Source: Deltaproteobacteria bacterium
GTDB lineage: Bacteria; Desulfobacterota; Desulfobacteria; Desulfobacterales; C00003060
Direction: 5' to 3'
Length of the DNA: 64,000 bases
Assembly: GCA_003647275.1 (NCBI GenBank)
Contig: QMMN01000009.1
Span: 2,496-66,495, forward strand
Each line of letters opens with the position of its first letter. Positions within the stretch are counted from its first letter, which is position 1. Under the pieces are notes generated by a model that was not told where the DNA came from, ran no database searches, and was given only the letters and a program-made list of their open reading frames with translations. The position numbers and the translations under genes were made by a program. Below, in pieces: positions 1 to 9,528 of this stretch.

Positions 1-8
1 CCAGGACG

Positions 9-2768
9 ATGCGCCGTCTCGGCCTTGACAGGCTTTACTGCCATCAAGTGGAAGCGATTAATCATCTGAGGCAGGGATCCAATGTGATGGTTGCCACCCC
101 AACCGCCAGCGGCAAGAGTTTGATCTATAACCTCATTGTCCTGGAAGAGGCACTGAAGAACAGGGAAGCAAAAGCCCTATACATCTTTCCCTTAAAAGCC
201 CTTGCACAGGACCAACTGAAAACACTCACGCCATGGCTAAAAGGGATAAAACAGGAAAAGATCTCAGCTGAGATTTACGATGGCGACACCACCCCATACA
301 GGCGAAAGAAAATCCGAACAGAGCCTCCTCAGATCCTGATCACCAACCCCGACATGCTCCACCGAGGCATTCTGGCCTATCATCAAGGCTGGGAGGAACT
401 CCTGCGAAATCTGTCGTTTGTCATTCTGGACGAAGTTCACACCTATCGCGGCATATTCGGTTCTCATGTAAACCAGGTGATCCGGAGGCTGAAAAGGCTT
501 TGCCAACATTACGGCGCCCATCCCCGCTTCATCCTGCTCTCGGCCACCGTCAACAATCCGCAGGCGTTTGGCGAAAGTTTGATCGAGGAAAAACTTCAAG
601 TGGTCCAGTCTGCGGGAGCGCCCAAGGCAGGGCACCATTTCCTTTTTCTAAATCCCGTGGCAAGCCCTAATTTTTCCGCAGCCAAGCTCTTTGTTGACTG
701 CATCCGTCAAGGGTTCAGAACCATTGCTTTTACCCAGTCCAGGCAGGTGACAGAACTGATCCATGTTTGGGTCTCCCGGTTGTCTCCTAAGCTTCGAAAA
801 AAAATCAGTTCGTACCGGGCCGGTTTCATGCCCGAGGAAAGGAGACAGATCGAACAAAGACTGACCAGTGGAGATCTGCTCGGCGTCGTGTCCACCAGCG
901 CCCTGGAGATGGGCATTGATATCGGCCATCTCGATATATGCCTCCTTGTGGGTTATCCCGGCACCATCATCAATACCTGGCAAAGGGGGGGACGCGTGGG
1001 CCGGTCGGGGAGAGAATCGATGGTGATCCTCATCGCAAAACCGGACGCCCTTGATCAATACTTCATGAAACACCCCGATGACTTTTTTGAAAGATCGTAC
1101 GAAGCGGCCGTCCTGGACCCCCATAACCCTTATGTGATTGAGGCCCATTTGCCGTGTGCGGCCGCTGAAATGCCGCTGACTCAGGATGACGAAAAGTTTT
1201 GGTCGAAAAATCTTCCCCTTCATCTTGAAAAACTGGAAAGGGAGGGCGCATTGCATCGAACGGCAGAGGGGGAGCCCGCCTGGTTCGCCACAAAACGCAA
1301 GCCCCAGCTTCACGTCAACATTCGCTCTGCTGGCGAGAGTTACACGATCATTGAAAAAGAGACCGGCCAGCCTATTGGTACCATTGATGGTATCAGGGCT
1401 TTCAAAGAATGTCATCCTGGTGCGATCTATCTTCACCGAGCCCGTCAATACCTGGTTGATCATTTGATACTGGCAAAAAAAGACATCATTGCACATCGAT
1501 CCAACCGGCAATACTTCACACGCGTCCGGGCCGAAAAAGAAACAGAGATCATCCGGATCAATCAAAGCCGGCCCAAGGGACAGTTTCTTGTCCGTGAAGG
1601 GCAGCTTAAGGTCACAGAAGTGGTTACCGGTTATGAAAAAAGGGCTCTGCCGGGTCAGGTATTAATGGGCGTCTTTCCACTGGACCTGCCTCCCCAGACC
1701 TTTGAAACCGTTGGTTTATGGATAGAGATCGAAGAGTCATTGAAGCGCTTTGTTGAGAAAAGGGGTCTTGATTTCATGGGCGGCATCCACGCCATCGAAC
1801 ACGCGGCCATAGGCATGTTTCCGCTTTTTGCCCTTTGTGACAGAAACGATATCGGAGGGATCTGTTATCCTTATCATCCACAGGTTGGCAAAAGTGCTAT
1901 ATTCATCTACGACGGCTACCCGGGTGGCGTCGGCCTTGCACAGCACGGCTTTGAGATCATCCTGGAACTCCTGGAAAAGACCATGCACCAGATCAAAAGC
2001 TGTGAATGTGAGGAAGGGTGCCCGTCATGTATCCATTCTCCCAAGTGCGGTTCAGGCAATAAACCGCTGAACAAAGAGGCTGCCTTGTTGATTCTTGAAG
2101 GTCTCCTGGGCCATATTCCCCTCAGCCAGTTTTCCAGCGAAAAAGACGAGGCCGAGCCGATGCCGTTTCGTCTTGAAGAAGAAGCAGCCTCTGAAGAGAA
2201 AACAGATCTCCGGCTCCTATTTTTCGACCTGGAGACCCAGAAAACCGCCCAAGAAGTCGGGGGCTGGCAAAACATACACCTGATGAGGGTCTCCGTAGCC
2301 GTTCTTTTTGACAGCCTGGAAAATCGTTTTCTGGTTTATGATGAAGATCAGATTGACGCTCTCCTGGCGCATCTGGAGAAAGCAGACTTGATCGTCGGAT
2401 TCAATATTAAGCGCTTTGATTACCGCGTTCTGAGCGCTTATACAAGCAAGAATCTAACGAAGCTTCCGACCTTTGATATACTCGAAGATGTCTTCAACCG
2501 CCTCGGTTTTCGACTCGCCCTAAACCATCTGGCTGCAGAGACCTTGAATCGGGAAAAAACAGCGGACGGGCTCCAGGCCGTGGAATGGTTTCGACAGAGG
2601 GATTTTGAAAAGTTGATTGAATACTGCCGTCAGGATGTTGCTATCACAAGGGATCTCTTCCATTATGGTCTGGAAATGTCGCACCTTGTTTTCAGAGAAA
2701 AGCAAGAGAATCGGCGGGTAAGGCTCCTTGTGGACTGGAAACTTGAAGACATGATCGGCCGTGGATAA
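9..2768 (+). CDS. DEAD/DEAH-box helicase (MrfA/YprA/Hrq1-like, DUF1998) fused to a C-terminal RNase_H_2/DEDD-type exonuclease domain; 5' end probably outside window
   Basis: PTASGKS Walker A, DEVH, SAT, QRGGRVGR motif VI, Cys cluster CECEEGCPSCIHSPKC, C-terminal FFDLETQ...GFNIKRFD...YCRQDV. Confidence 0.9.
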   Translation: MRRLGLDRLYCHQVEAINHLRQGSNVMVATPTASGKSLIYNLIVLEEALKNREAKALYIFPLKALAQDQLKTLTPWLKGIKQEKISAEIYDGDTTPYRRKKIRTEPPQILITNPDMLHRGILAYHQGWEELLRNLSFVILDEVHTYRGIFGSHVNQVIRRLKRLCQHYGAHPRFILLSATVNNPQAFGESLIEEKLQVVQSAGAPKAGHHFLFLNPVASPNFSAAKLFVDCIRQGFRTIAFTQSRQVTELIHVWVSRLSPKLRKKISSYRAGFMPEERRQIEQRLTSGDLLGVVSTSALEMGIDIGHLDICLLVGYPGTIINTWQRGGRVGRSGRESMVILIAKPDALDQYFMKHPDDFFERSYEAAVLDPHNPYVIEAHLPCAAAEMPLTQDDEKFWSKNLPLHLEKLEREGALHRTAEGEPAWFATKRKPQLHVNIRSAGESYTIIEKETGQPIGTIDGIRAFKECHPGAIYLHRARQYLVDHLILAKKDIIAHRSNRQYFTRVRAEKETEIIRINQSRPKGQFLVREGQLKVTEVVTGYEKRALPGQVLMGVFPLDLPPQTFETVGLWIEIEESLKRFVEKRGLDFMGGIHAIEHAAIGMFPLFALCDRNDIGGICYPYHPQVGKSAIFIYDGYPGGVGLAQHGFEIILELLEKTMHQIKSCECEEGCPSCIHSPKCGSGNKPLNKEAALLILEGLLGHIPLSQFSSEKDEAEPMPFRLEEEAASEEKTDLRLLFFDLETQKTAQEVGGWQNIHLMRVSVAVLFDSLENRFLVYDEDQIDALLAHLEKADLIVGFNIKRFDYRVLSAYTSKNLTKLPTFDILEDVFNRLGFRLALNHLAAETLNREKTADGLQAVEWFRQRDFEKLIEYCRQDVAITRDLFHYGLEMSHLVFREKQENRRVRLLVDWKLEDMIGRG

Positions 2769-2851
2769 TGCCCTGGATTGATCGATTCGAACACATCGAT
2801 GCCTGGCCGAGGCCGAGCACCAAGGAATACAGTTTAAACGAATCAGGATGA
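2768..2851 (+). pseudogene. N-terminal relic of a four-helix-bundle (23S rRNA IVP/bAvd-like) protein
   Basis: Translates MPWIDRFEHIDAWPRP..., resembling the family start 'IERFEDIEAWQ'; stops after 27 aa; followed by heptamer repeats. Confidence 0.45.
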
Positions 2852-2867
2852 ACTTTTCAATAAGCAG

Positions 2868-2916
2868 AACCCGAAACTCGAACCCCGGAACCTGGAATTC
2901 GGAACTCGAAACTAGT
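2868..2916 (+). repeat. Tandem degenerate heptamer repeat (7 units, AACYCGR-like)
   Basis: aacccga aactcga accccgg aacctgg aattcgg aactcga aactagt. Confidence 0.85.
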
Positions 2917-2984
2917 TCAGTGATCATGATAGCGCCGAATGTTAAGATTTCATGGAGGTGCCGGATACTTTCTTCTTGGCAAAT

Positions 2985-3009
2985 GGGTCAAGAGCAGACT
3001 TGACCCCTT
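2985..3009. repeat. Left copy of 25-bp inverted repeat (internal hairpin gggtcaag/cttgaccc)
   Basis: gggtcaagagcagacttgacccctt; its reverse complement matches 9342-9366 at 23/25. Confidence 0.85.
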
Positions 3010-3011
3010 CA

Positions 3012-3288
3012 CTCACAGCGAACCGCCTGGCCGACCTGCAGGACCCAGATCCGGAGCATCGAACAGCGGATGATCTCGGTACGGGAAGAGGTCCTCTCGC
3101 TCGAGCGCGAGGCCGTCGACGAGAAGGACCTAGCGCCCAACATCCAGCAGGAGATCCTGTTCCTGTCCAGGACCATGAAGGGCCGCGACCCAATATGCGA
3201 GAAAGACGTCCGCCCCGTTGCCGCCGTTTTCCACTGGACCCGCCAGCGGAAGATGTGGGCCAAACTGGTTGCCGGGCGGCTGAACTGA
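3012..3288 (+). pseudogene. GC-rich relic of a large serine recombinase C-terminus joined to a recombinase-associated small-protein C-terminus
   Basis: With one frameshift reads ANRLADLQ/QIRSIEQRMISVREEVLSLEREAVDEKDL (coiled-coil), then LAPNIQQEILFL..GRDPI..RPVA..WTRQRKMW; similarity recalled, not searched. Confidence 0.45.
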
Positions 3289-3435
3289 CGCTTCCCGCTT
3301 GATTTTCTCGCTACTCCCACTCCTCAGGGAGCAATCCTCTGCTTGTATATTCCTCTCTCTTGGTGCAGCCGGATGATGATGCCAACGCTCCATCCAACAG
3401 CCGGCATCGGAGAAAACTCTGAGTTTAGTTTATTT

Positions 3436-3470
3436 AATCGATTGACTAAATCAATCGATTGTATTATTTT
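3436..3470 (+). promoter_or_regulatory. Probable TetR/CecR operator overlapping a sigma70 promoter
   Basis: Perfect inverted repeat aatcgattga-N5-tcaatcgatt (3436-3460) overlapping ttgact (-35), with AT-rich -10 region, 30 bp upstream of the TetR start. Confidence 0.7.
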
Positions 3471-3489
3471 AATCCTGAAAGGAGAGATC

Positions 3490-4218
3490 ATGGCAAAGAA
3501 TTCGGAATCCATGCCTCGCAAGAGCAAACGTGGCGATAAGGCGATTGCTCGCCTCCTGGATGCAGGAGTGGAGGCCTTCGCCCGATATGGGCTGGAAGGG
3601 ATAGCCACGAGACAACTGGCAAAAGCAGCAGGGGTGAATGTTGCGGCAATTGCCTACTACTTCGGTGGTAAGGAAGGCTATTACCTCGCCGTAGTAAGAC
3701 ACCTAGTACAAGAGCGAGCCAAACCGGTGCGAGACCTTATTGAAAGGGTCAGGGGCGAACTGTCGGCTTCAAGAGAGAATCCAGAAACGGCTGTTCGGCT
3801 TTTGCTACAACTGCTTCATGGTCTGGCAGTAACCATAATGCTGAAACACGACGCCGTAGCCATAGCAAGTATCTTCTCCCGCGAGCAACTACGGCCAACA
3901 GATGCTTTTGAGGTGATTTATGAGGGAGTGATTCAACCAATGCACCAGTTGGTGTCTCAGCTTGTCGCCCAAGCTACCAGAAAACCACCCGACACACCAG
4001 AAACCATTATCCGCGCACATGTGTTACTGGGGCAGGTGTTGTTTTTTCGAATTGCGGGAACCACTCTCTGTCGTCGGCTGGGGTGGAATCATATCACCGA
4101 GATTCGTGCTGAGCAAATTGCCAATATCATTGCCGAGATGGCATGTCGAGCCGTTGGCTTAGATCCTCGCCAAATTGACAGTGGAAAACATAAAAACGGA
4201 GTGCGAGATGAAACGTAA
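3490..4218 (+). CDS. cecR: TetR-family regulator, CecR/YbiH type (DUF1956 C-terminus)
   Basis: HTH 'ATRQLAKAAGVNVAAIAYYFGGKEGYY', 'REQLRPTDAF', 'HVLLGQVLFFR'; RBS aaggag; heads a ybhGFSR-like operon. Confidence 0.85.
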   Translation: MAKNSESMPRKSKRGDKAIARLLDAGVEAFARYGLEGIATRQLAKAAGVNVAAIAYYFGGKEGYYLAVVRHLVQERAKPVRDLIERVRGELSASRENPETAVRLLLQLLHGLAVTIMLKHDAVAIASIFSREQLRPTDAFEVIYEGVIQPMHQLVSQLVAQATRKPPDTPETIIRAHVLLGQVLFFRIAGTTLCRRLGWNHITEIRAEQIANIIAEMACRAVGLDPRQIDSGKHKNGVRDET

Positions 4219-5218
4219 AGTGGTCGTTCCAGTAATTGTGGTATTGAGCATGGTGGCTGTAGTTGGAGGCGCATGGCTTTGGCTAAGGAAAGGGGACGTG
4301 CCCGATCTTGCTACCTTGGAGTTCCAGGGGAACGTTGAGGTCAGAGAGGTACGTCTAGGTTTCCAAGTGGCTGGGCGGATTTTGAAATTGCTGGTTGATG
4401 AAGGAAATGCAGTGAAGCCTGGTCAAGTCCTTGCTGAACTTGAGCCTGGCTATTTCGAGGACGCGGTGAAGCAGGCAGAAGCAGCACTTGCGGCACGCAA
4501 AGCAGAGCTTTTGTGCTTGAAGAACGGCTCAAGGCCCGAGGAGATAGCACAAGCCCGGGCAACGACGCTATCCCGCCGTGTCGCTTTTCTCAATGCGCAA
4601 AGGGAGTTTACACGCAACCAGAAGCTTGTTGGTCGTGGAGCGGTGTCAAAACAGAAATTCGATCACTATAGAGCAGCTCTTGATGAAGCTGAAGCGCAGT
4701 TGAGGGTTGCAGAAGCGTACCAGAAACTCGTGGAACTCGGCCCAAGAGAGGAAGACATTGCGCGAACAAGGGCCCTGGTTGAACAGGCACAGGCCAATCT
4801 GGCCGAGGCCAGGCGACGACGACGGGATTGCAGGCTGCTGTCGCCGGTAAGCGGCATCATCCAGACACGAGTACACGAACCGGGCGACTACGTGAACGTT
4901 GGCGAACCGGTATTCACCATTACATTGCCGAATCCTGTGTGGGTGCGTGTATATGTCAGCGAGTTGCAACTGGGACGTATTCATCCCGGAATGACGGCCA
5001 TGGTGCGGACCGATACCTATCCAGATCATCTATACCAAGGAAGGATAGGGTTCATATCGCCAGTAGCAGAATTCACCCCCAAGACGGTTGAAACCAAGGA
5101 AATCCGAACAGACCTTGTCTACAGAATTCGCGTGATTGTGGAGGATACAAAAGGTGAGCTGCGACAGGGTATGCCAGTGACAGTTATCATTCCCCTAAGT
5201 TCGCGAGGCAGTGAGTAA
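4208..5218 (+). CDS. ybhG: HlyD-family membrane fusion protein
   Basis: N-terminal TM, 'GNVEVREVRLGFQVAGRI', 'FISPVAEFTPKTVET..RTDLVYR'. Confidence 0.88.
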   Translation: MKRKVVVPVIVVLSMVAVVGGAWLWLRKGDVPDLATLEFQGNVEVREVRLGFQVAGRILKLLVDEGNAVKPGQVLAELEPGYFEDAVKQAEAALAARKAELLCLKNGSRPEEIAQARATTLSRRVAFLNAQREFTRNQKLVGRGAVSKQKFDHYRAALDEAEAQLRVAEAYQKLVELGPREEDIARTRALVEQAQANLAEARRRRRDCRLLSPVSGIIQTRVHEPGDYVNVGEPVFTITLPNPVWVRVYVSELQLGRIHPGMTAMVRTDTYPDHLYQGRIGFISPVAEFTPKTVETKEIRTDLVYRIRVIVEDTKGELRQGMPVTVIIPLSSRGSE

Positions 5219-5227
5219 AGTGAAAAC

Positions 5228-6991
5228 ATGGCGTCCCAAGTGTTAATTAGTCTCAGCGAGGTTCGGAAACAGTTTTCTGCTGATGCCCGGCCGGCACTGG
5301 AATGCGTAACTGCCAATATTTACGGCGAGCGGATTACAGGACTGGTTGGCCCGGATGGTGCCGGCAAGACCACCTTAATTCGTCTAATAGCCGGGTTGCT
5401 GGATCCTACCCGAGGACGCATCAAAGTGGCTGGATATGACACTGCGCGGCAAGTCTCAACCGTTCACACAATAGTAAGCTACATGCCGCAGAGATTCGGT
5501 CTGTATGAAGATCTGACAGTGATGGAGAACCTGCATCTCTATGCAGATCTTCGCGGCGTGGTTGGAAAGCACCGACATGAAACGTTTGAGCGTTTGCTTG
5601 CATTTACCGGCCTGGGGCACTTCACCGGTCGGCTGGCGGGGAAACTCTCTGGAGGGATGAAACAGAAGCTTGGCTTGGCGTGCGCCTTAATTCACAGACC
5701 TGTCGTGTTGTTGCTCGACGAACCCAGCGCAGGAGTGGATCCGGTCTCCCGTCGGGAGCTGTGGAAGATGGTGAATGAGTTGGTTGATGAAGGGACGGCA
5801 GTCATTTGGAGCACAGCCTACATGGACGAGGCCCAACGCTGCGACGAGGTCCTGCTCCTAAACGAGGGCAAGCTCCTATATCAAGGCAAGCCGGGCGATC
5901 TGACAGGGCAAGTCGAGGGGCAGACATTTCTCATAGAGGCGACCGAGGATAGCCGGCGACAACTTCTGTCCAAGGCCTTAGAGCAACCGGATATTATCGA
6001 TGGCGTCATTCAGGGGCGGAAGGTTCGCTTGATCCTGAAAACACCCACTACAGTATTCCCTGCGTTAGGCACAAATGTTCAAGCAAGACCGACGCCACCT
6101 CGGTTTGAGGATGCCTTCATGGTGTTGCTGGGTGGTATTCCCAAGACCCGCATCTCCAACATAACATCGCACATATTTCAGAAGTTGCGCGAGGACAGCA
6201 CAGGGACGCGGAACATAGTTGTCGAAGCTCAGGATTTGACGAAATGCTTCGGCTCTTTCACTGCGGTAGATCAGGTCAGTTTCACGGTTTGTCGCGGAGA
6301 GATTTTCGGTCTGTTGGGACCCAATGGAGCAGGCAAAAGCACCACCTTCAAAATGATGTGCGGATTGCTCCGGCCGACCTCGGGCAAGGCAGAGGTAGCA
6401 GGAGTGGACCTGACTATGGCTCCTGCAAAGGCACGAGAGCGGCTGGGTTACATGGCTCAGAGGTTTAGCCTGTACAGCGACTTGAGTGTTCATCAGAACC
6501 TCGAGTTTTTTGGAGGCGTCTATGGCCTGATGGGGCGCAGACTCCAGAAGACGATACACCGGATGATCGAAGAATTTGAACTCGCCCCGTTTATCAATTC
6601 AAATGCTGGAGACCTTCCCCTGGGTTTCAAACAACGGTTGGCTATGGCTTGTGCCATCATGCATGAGCCACAGGTGCTGTTCTTAGATGAGCCAACCAGC
6701 GGAGTCGATCCAATAACAAGGCGCGAGTTTTGGATCCGTATTAATGCAATGGTCAATCAAGGGATGACTATTATGGTCACGACACATTTTCTTGACGAAG
6801 CAGAATACTGTGACCGTATTGCCATGGTTTACCAAGGAAGGATCATCGCCACCGGCACCCCCGATGACCTCAAACGATCGATCCCGTCGGAGAACCTGCC
6901 TGAACCGACGCTAGAAGACGCCTTTATCGAGATGATCCAGCGTCACGAGCGATATGAGTCAGAGGGAGAAGGATTAAGGAGGGATGGATGA
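5228..6991 (+). CDS. ybhF: ABC transporter ATP-binding protein with two NBDs
   Basis: Two Walker A motifs (GPDGAGKT, GPNGAGKS), LSGGMKQ and LPLGFKQ signatures. Confidence 0.92.
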   Translation: MASQVLISLSEVRKQFSADARPALECVTANIYGERITGLVGPDGAGKTTLIRLIAGLLDPTRGRIKVAGYDTARQVSTVHTIVSYMPQRFGLYEDLTVMENLHLYADLRGVVGKHRHETFERLLAFTGLGHFTGRLAGKLSGGMKQKLGLACALIHRPVVLLLDEPSAGVDPVSRRELWKMVNELVDEGTAVIWSTAYMDEAQRCDEVLLLNEGKLLYQGKPGDLTGQVEGQTFLIEATEDSRRQLLSKALEQPDIIDGVIQGRKVRLILKTPTTVFPALGTNVQARPTPPRFEDAFMVLLGGIPKTRISNITSHIFQKLREDSTGTRNIVVEAQDLTKCFGSFTAVDQVSFTVCRGEIFGLLGPNGAGKSTTFKMMCGLLRPTSGKAEVAGVDLTMAPAKARERLGYMAQRFSLYSDLSVHQNLEFFGGVYGLMGRRLQKTIHRMIEEFELAPFINSNAGDLPLGFKQRLAMACAIMHEPQVLFLDEPTSGVDPITRREFWIRINAMVNQGMTIMVTTHFLDEAEYCDRIAMVYQGRIIATGTPDDLKRSIPSENLPEPTLEDAFIEMIQRHERYESEGEGLRRDG

Positions 6992-8160
6992 GCCAAAACC
7001 TCGCAGCAGAGTCACAACACGTCGATGTACATCCGCAAAGAAGCCGTCTGCGCTGTATGTGGGGCTTGGTACGCAAGGAGACTTACCAGATGCTGCGCGA
7101 TCCAAGCAGTGTCGGGATTGGAATCGCCCTGCCCCTGCTGCTCCTTTTCCTATTTACCTATGCAATATCTTTAGATGTGAGGAATATAAAGCTTGGAGTG
7201 GTGTGCGAAGACAACTCGCCGATTGTTAATCGCCTGCTGGCCTCCTTCCAAAACAACAAGTACTTTATGGTCCATGTTGCCCGGGATCGGCGAGAGGTCC
7301 AGGATGACTTGGTAGGAGGACGGCTCAATGGTGTATTGGTGATACCAGCAGACTTTGCCAGCCGCATTGAACGTCGTAGCTTGAGCCCTCTTCAGTTGTT
7401 GGTTCGCGGGAGCGATGTCAGTACTGCTGCACTTGTGCAGAATTATGTCCGAGGCGTGTTACGTCATTGGCTCATACAGGAAGGGCTCAACGCAGGGCAA
7501 CGAAACAGCGGCGAGATCGTGAGGATCGAATCACGAGTCTGGTTTAACCAAGAAATCGAATCACGCGCTGCTTTGCTTCCAGGGTCGATTGCCGTCATCA
7601 TGACACTTATTGGCACCTTGCTAACGGCACTGGTTGTCGCGCGTGAATGGGAACGGGGAACCATGGAAGCCCTGTTGGCGACGCCGATTACACGAATGGA
7701 TATAGTCCTGAGCAAGTTTGTCCCCTATTTTATTCTCGGAATGCTGGCGATGGGCCTCGTAGCCGCTGTTTCAACTTTGGGGCTGGGGGTTCCGCTTCGA
7801 GGTTCGTTGTGGGTTCTAATCATGGTCTCCGCAACATTTCTTTGCTCGGCTCTGGGGTTGGGCCTGCTGATTTCTTCAGTAACGCGCAACCAATTCGTGG
7901 CAAGTCAGGTCGCGCTGATTGTTGGATACTTACCCGCCCTCATTTTGTCCGGGCTTGTTTTCGAAATTGATAGCATGCCCAGGCTGATTCAATACCTGAC
8001 CTGCGTGATGCCGCCGCGCTACTTTGTCTCAGCCCTGAGGACGCTGTTCCTGGCCGGCAATGTCTGGCAGGTGATCCTGCCGAACACGGTCGTCCTGTTG
8101 GGGTTTGCTGCATTCTTCCTAACAGTGACGATCCAAAAAACAAAGATGAACCTGGAATGA
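6988..8160 (+). CDS. ybhS: ABC-2 type permease
   Basis: 'RDPSS', 'LTALVVAREWERGTMEALLATP', multiple TMs. Confidence 0.9.
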   Translation: MSQNLAAESQHVDVHPQRSRLRCMWGLVRKETYQMLRDPSSVGIGIALPLLLLFLFTYAISLDVRNIKLGVVCEDNSPIVNRLLASFQNNKYFMVHVARDRREVQDDLVGGRLNGVLVIPADFASRIERRSLSPLQLLVRGSDVSTAALVQNYVRGVLRHWLIQEGLNAGQRNSGEIVRIESRVWFNQEIESRAALLPGSIAVIMTLIGTLLTALVVAREWERGTMEALLATPITRMDIVLSKFVPYFILGMLAMGLVAAVSTLGLGVPLRGSLWVLIMVSATFLCSALGLGLLISSVTRNQFVASQVALIVGYLPALILSGLVFEIDSMPRLIQYLTCVMPPRYFVSALRTLFLAGNVWQVILPNTVVLLGFAAFFLTVTIQKTKMNLE

Positions 8161-8176
8161 TTACGGGAAAATATTG

Positions 8177-9307
8177 ATGCTCAATCGCATTGTCAGACTA
8201 ATTATCAAAGAGTTTTTGGCGGTTTGGCGTGACCCGCACAACCGCTTCGTCTTGCTGGTCCCTCCCCTGGTGCAGCTCTTGATATTCAGCTTTGCCGCGA
8301 CTCATGAAGTCAAGAATGTCCAGCTCGGGATATACAGCGAGGATCACGGTTCTGCGGCTCGTGAACTGATCTCCCGTTTTGCATCTGCTCGTCGTACTTT
8401 CTCTCATGTACAGTATTTCCAGGACCTCGACGACGTACATCGTGCAATAGACACACAAGATGTGATAGCTGTCGTTCATATTGGCCCGACTTTTTCGAGG
8501 GATCTGTTATCCGGGACACCAGTCGCGCTTCAGATACTCCTGGATGGCCGGAAGGCCTATGCTGCTCAGGTGATATCCGGCTACATGAGTCAGATTACCG
8601 ATCGCTTTGTTGGTGAATACGTCGCTGTCTCAATTGATCCATCAAAACCTCCGAGAGATGCGGCTTCCATTAAACTCGTGTCCCGAGCCTGGTTTAATTC
8701 AAACCTTGATTCTGTCTGGAGTACTATCCCAGGCCTGGTTGGGATCCTGACCAACCTTATCGCACTCATTGTCACGTCTCTTTCAATTGCGCGAGAAAAA
8801 GAGTTGGGAACGTTTGAGCAGCTCTTGGTATCTCCGCTGAGGCCCTTAGAAATCCTGATAGGTAAGACGACACCTGCGATGGTACTGGGCCTTGGAGAGG
8901 GAATGGCGATGGTGGCTATCGCCACCCTTGTGTTTGCATTACCCTGTGCGGGATCGCCGCTTCTCTTATTTGGTGCCTTGTTCGTGTCTCTCTTCTCAAC
9001 GATCGGGATTGGTTTGTTGATTTCGTCTCTTGCCAAGACACAACAACAGGCCTTTTTCGGAGCATTCGCATTCTTGGTGCCTGCTATTCTTCTCAGTGGC
9101 TTTGTTACACCAGTTGAGAACATGCCCGCTTGGTTGCGGTGGGTGACATACCTAGATCCCATTTACTACATTATCTTGATAGCCAAGGGAATCCTTCTTG
9201 AGGGAATGAGGATGCCAACTGTCTTGCAACTGGCTTGGCCGATGGTGCCGATTGGTGTCGTAACTTTGACGACAGCCGGATGGACGTTCCGTCAAAGACT
9301 GGAGTGA
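8177..9307 (+). CDS. ybhR: ABC-2 type permease
   Basis: 'KEFLAVWRDP', 'SIAREKELGTFEQLLVSPL', 'LSGFVTPVENMP'. Confidence 0.9.
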   Translation: MLNRIVRLIIKEFLAVWRDPHNRFVLLVPPLVQLLIFSFAATHEVKNVQLGIYSEDHGSAARELISRFASARRTFSHVQYFQDLDDVHRAIDTQDVIAVVHIGPTFSRDLLSGTPVALQILLDGRKAYAAQVISGYMSQITDRFVGEYVAVSIDPSKPPRDAASIKLVSRAWFNSNLDSVWSTIPGLVGILTNLIALIVTSLSIAREKELGTFEQLLVSPLRPLEILIGKTTPAMVLGLGEGMAMVAIATLVFALPCAGSPLLLFGALFVSLFSTIGIGLLISSLAKTQQQAFFGAFAFLVPAILLSGFVTPVENMPAWLRWVTYLDPIYYIILIAKGILLEGMRMPTVLQLAWPMVPIGVVTLTTAGWTFRQRLE

Positions 9308-9341
9308 CCAACGAGGAGAACACAAATGAAGAGTCAATAAA

Positions 9342-9366
9342 AAGGGGTCAAGTCTGCTCCTGACCG
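9342..9366. repeat. Right copy of 25-bp inverted repeat
   Basis: aaggggtcaagtctgctcctgaccg, reverse complement of 2985-3009 with 2 mismatches. Confidence 0.85.
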
Positions 9367-9528
9367 GGCTAAGCACTTAATATTGTAGAGGGCTTCAATA
9401 GTTCCAAATGGTCATTTGGTAAGGTGAACGAGGCCAAGCGAACTATGAGAATAACGCCGAATACCGTTTCAATAAAATTGGGATGTGCGATTGAACAAGA
9501 GGTTTATCGAAGCCGAGGCAGAGGAAGA

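Noticed and set aside
648-1565. Long antisense ORFs (e.g. 648-1565, 47927-48703, 54388-55089, 58996-59610)
   Set aside because: Shadows of well-supported genes on the opposite strand, with no motifs of their own.
3343-3489. N-terminal extensions in the ORF track (also 17802, 52087, 53813, 57124, 58678, 60317)
   Set aside because: Downstream ATGs have better RBS and match family starts; the extensions run through promoter or repeat DNA.
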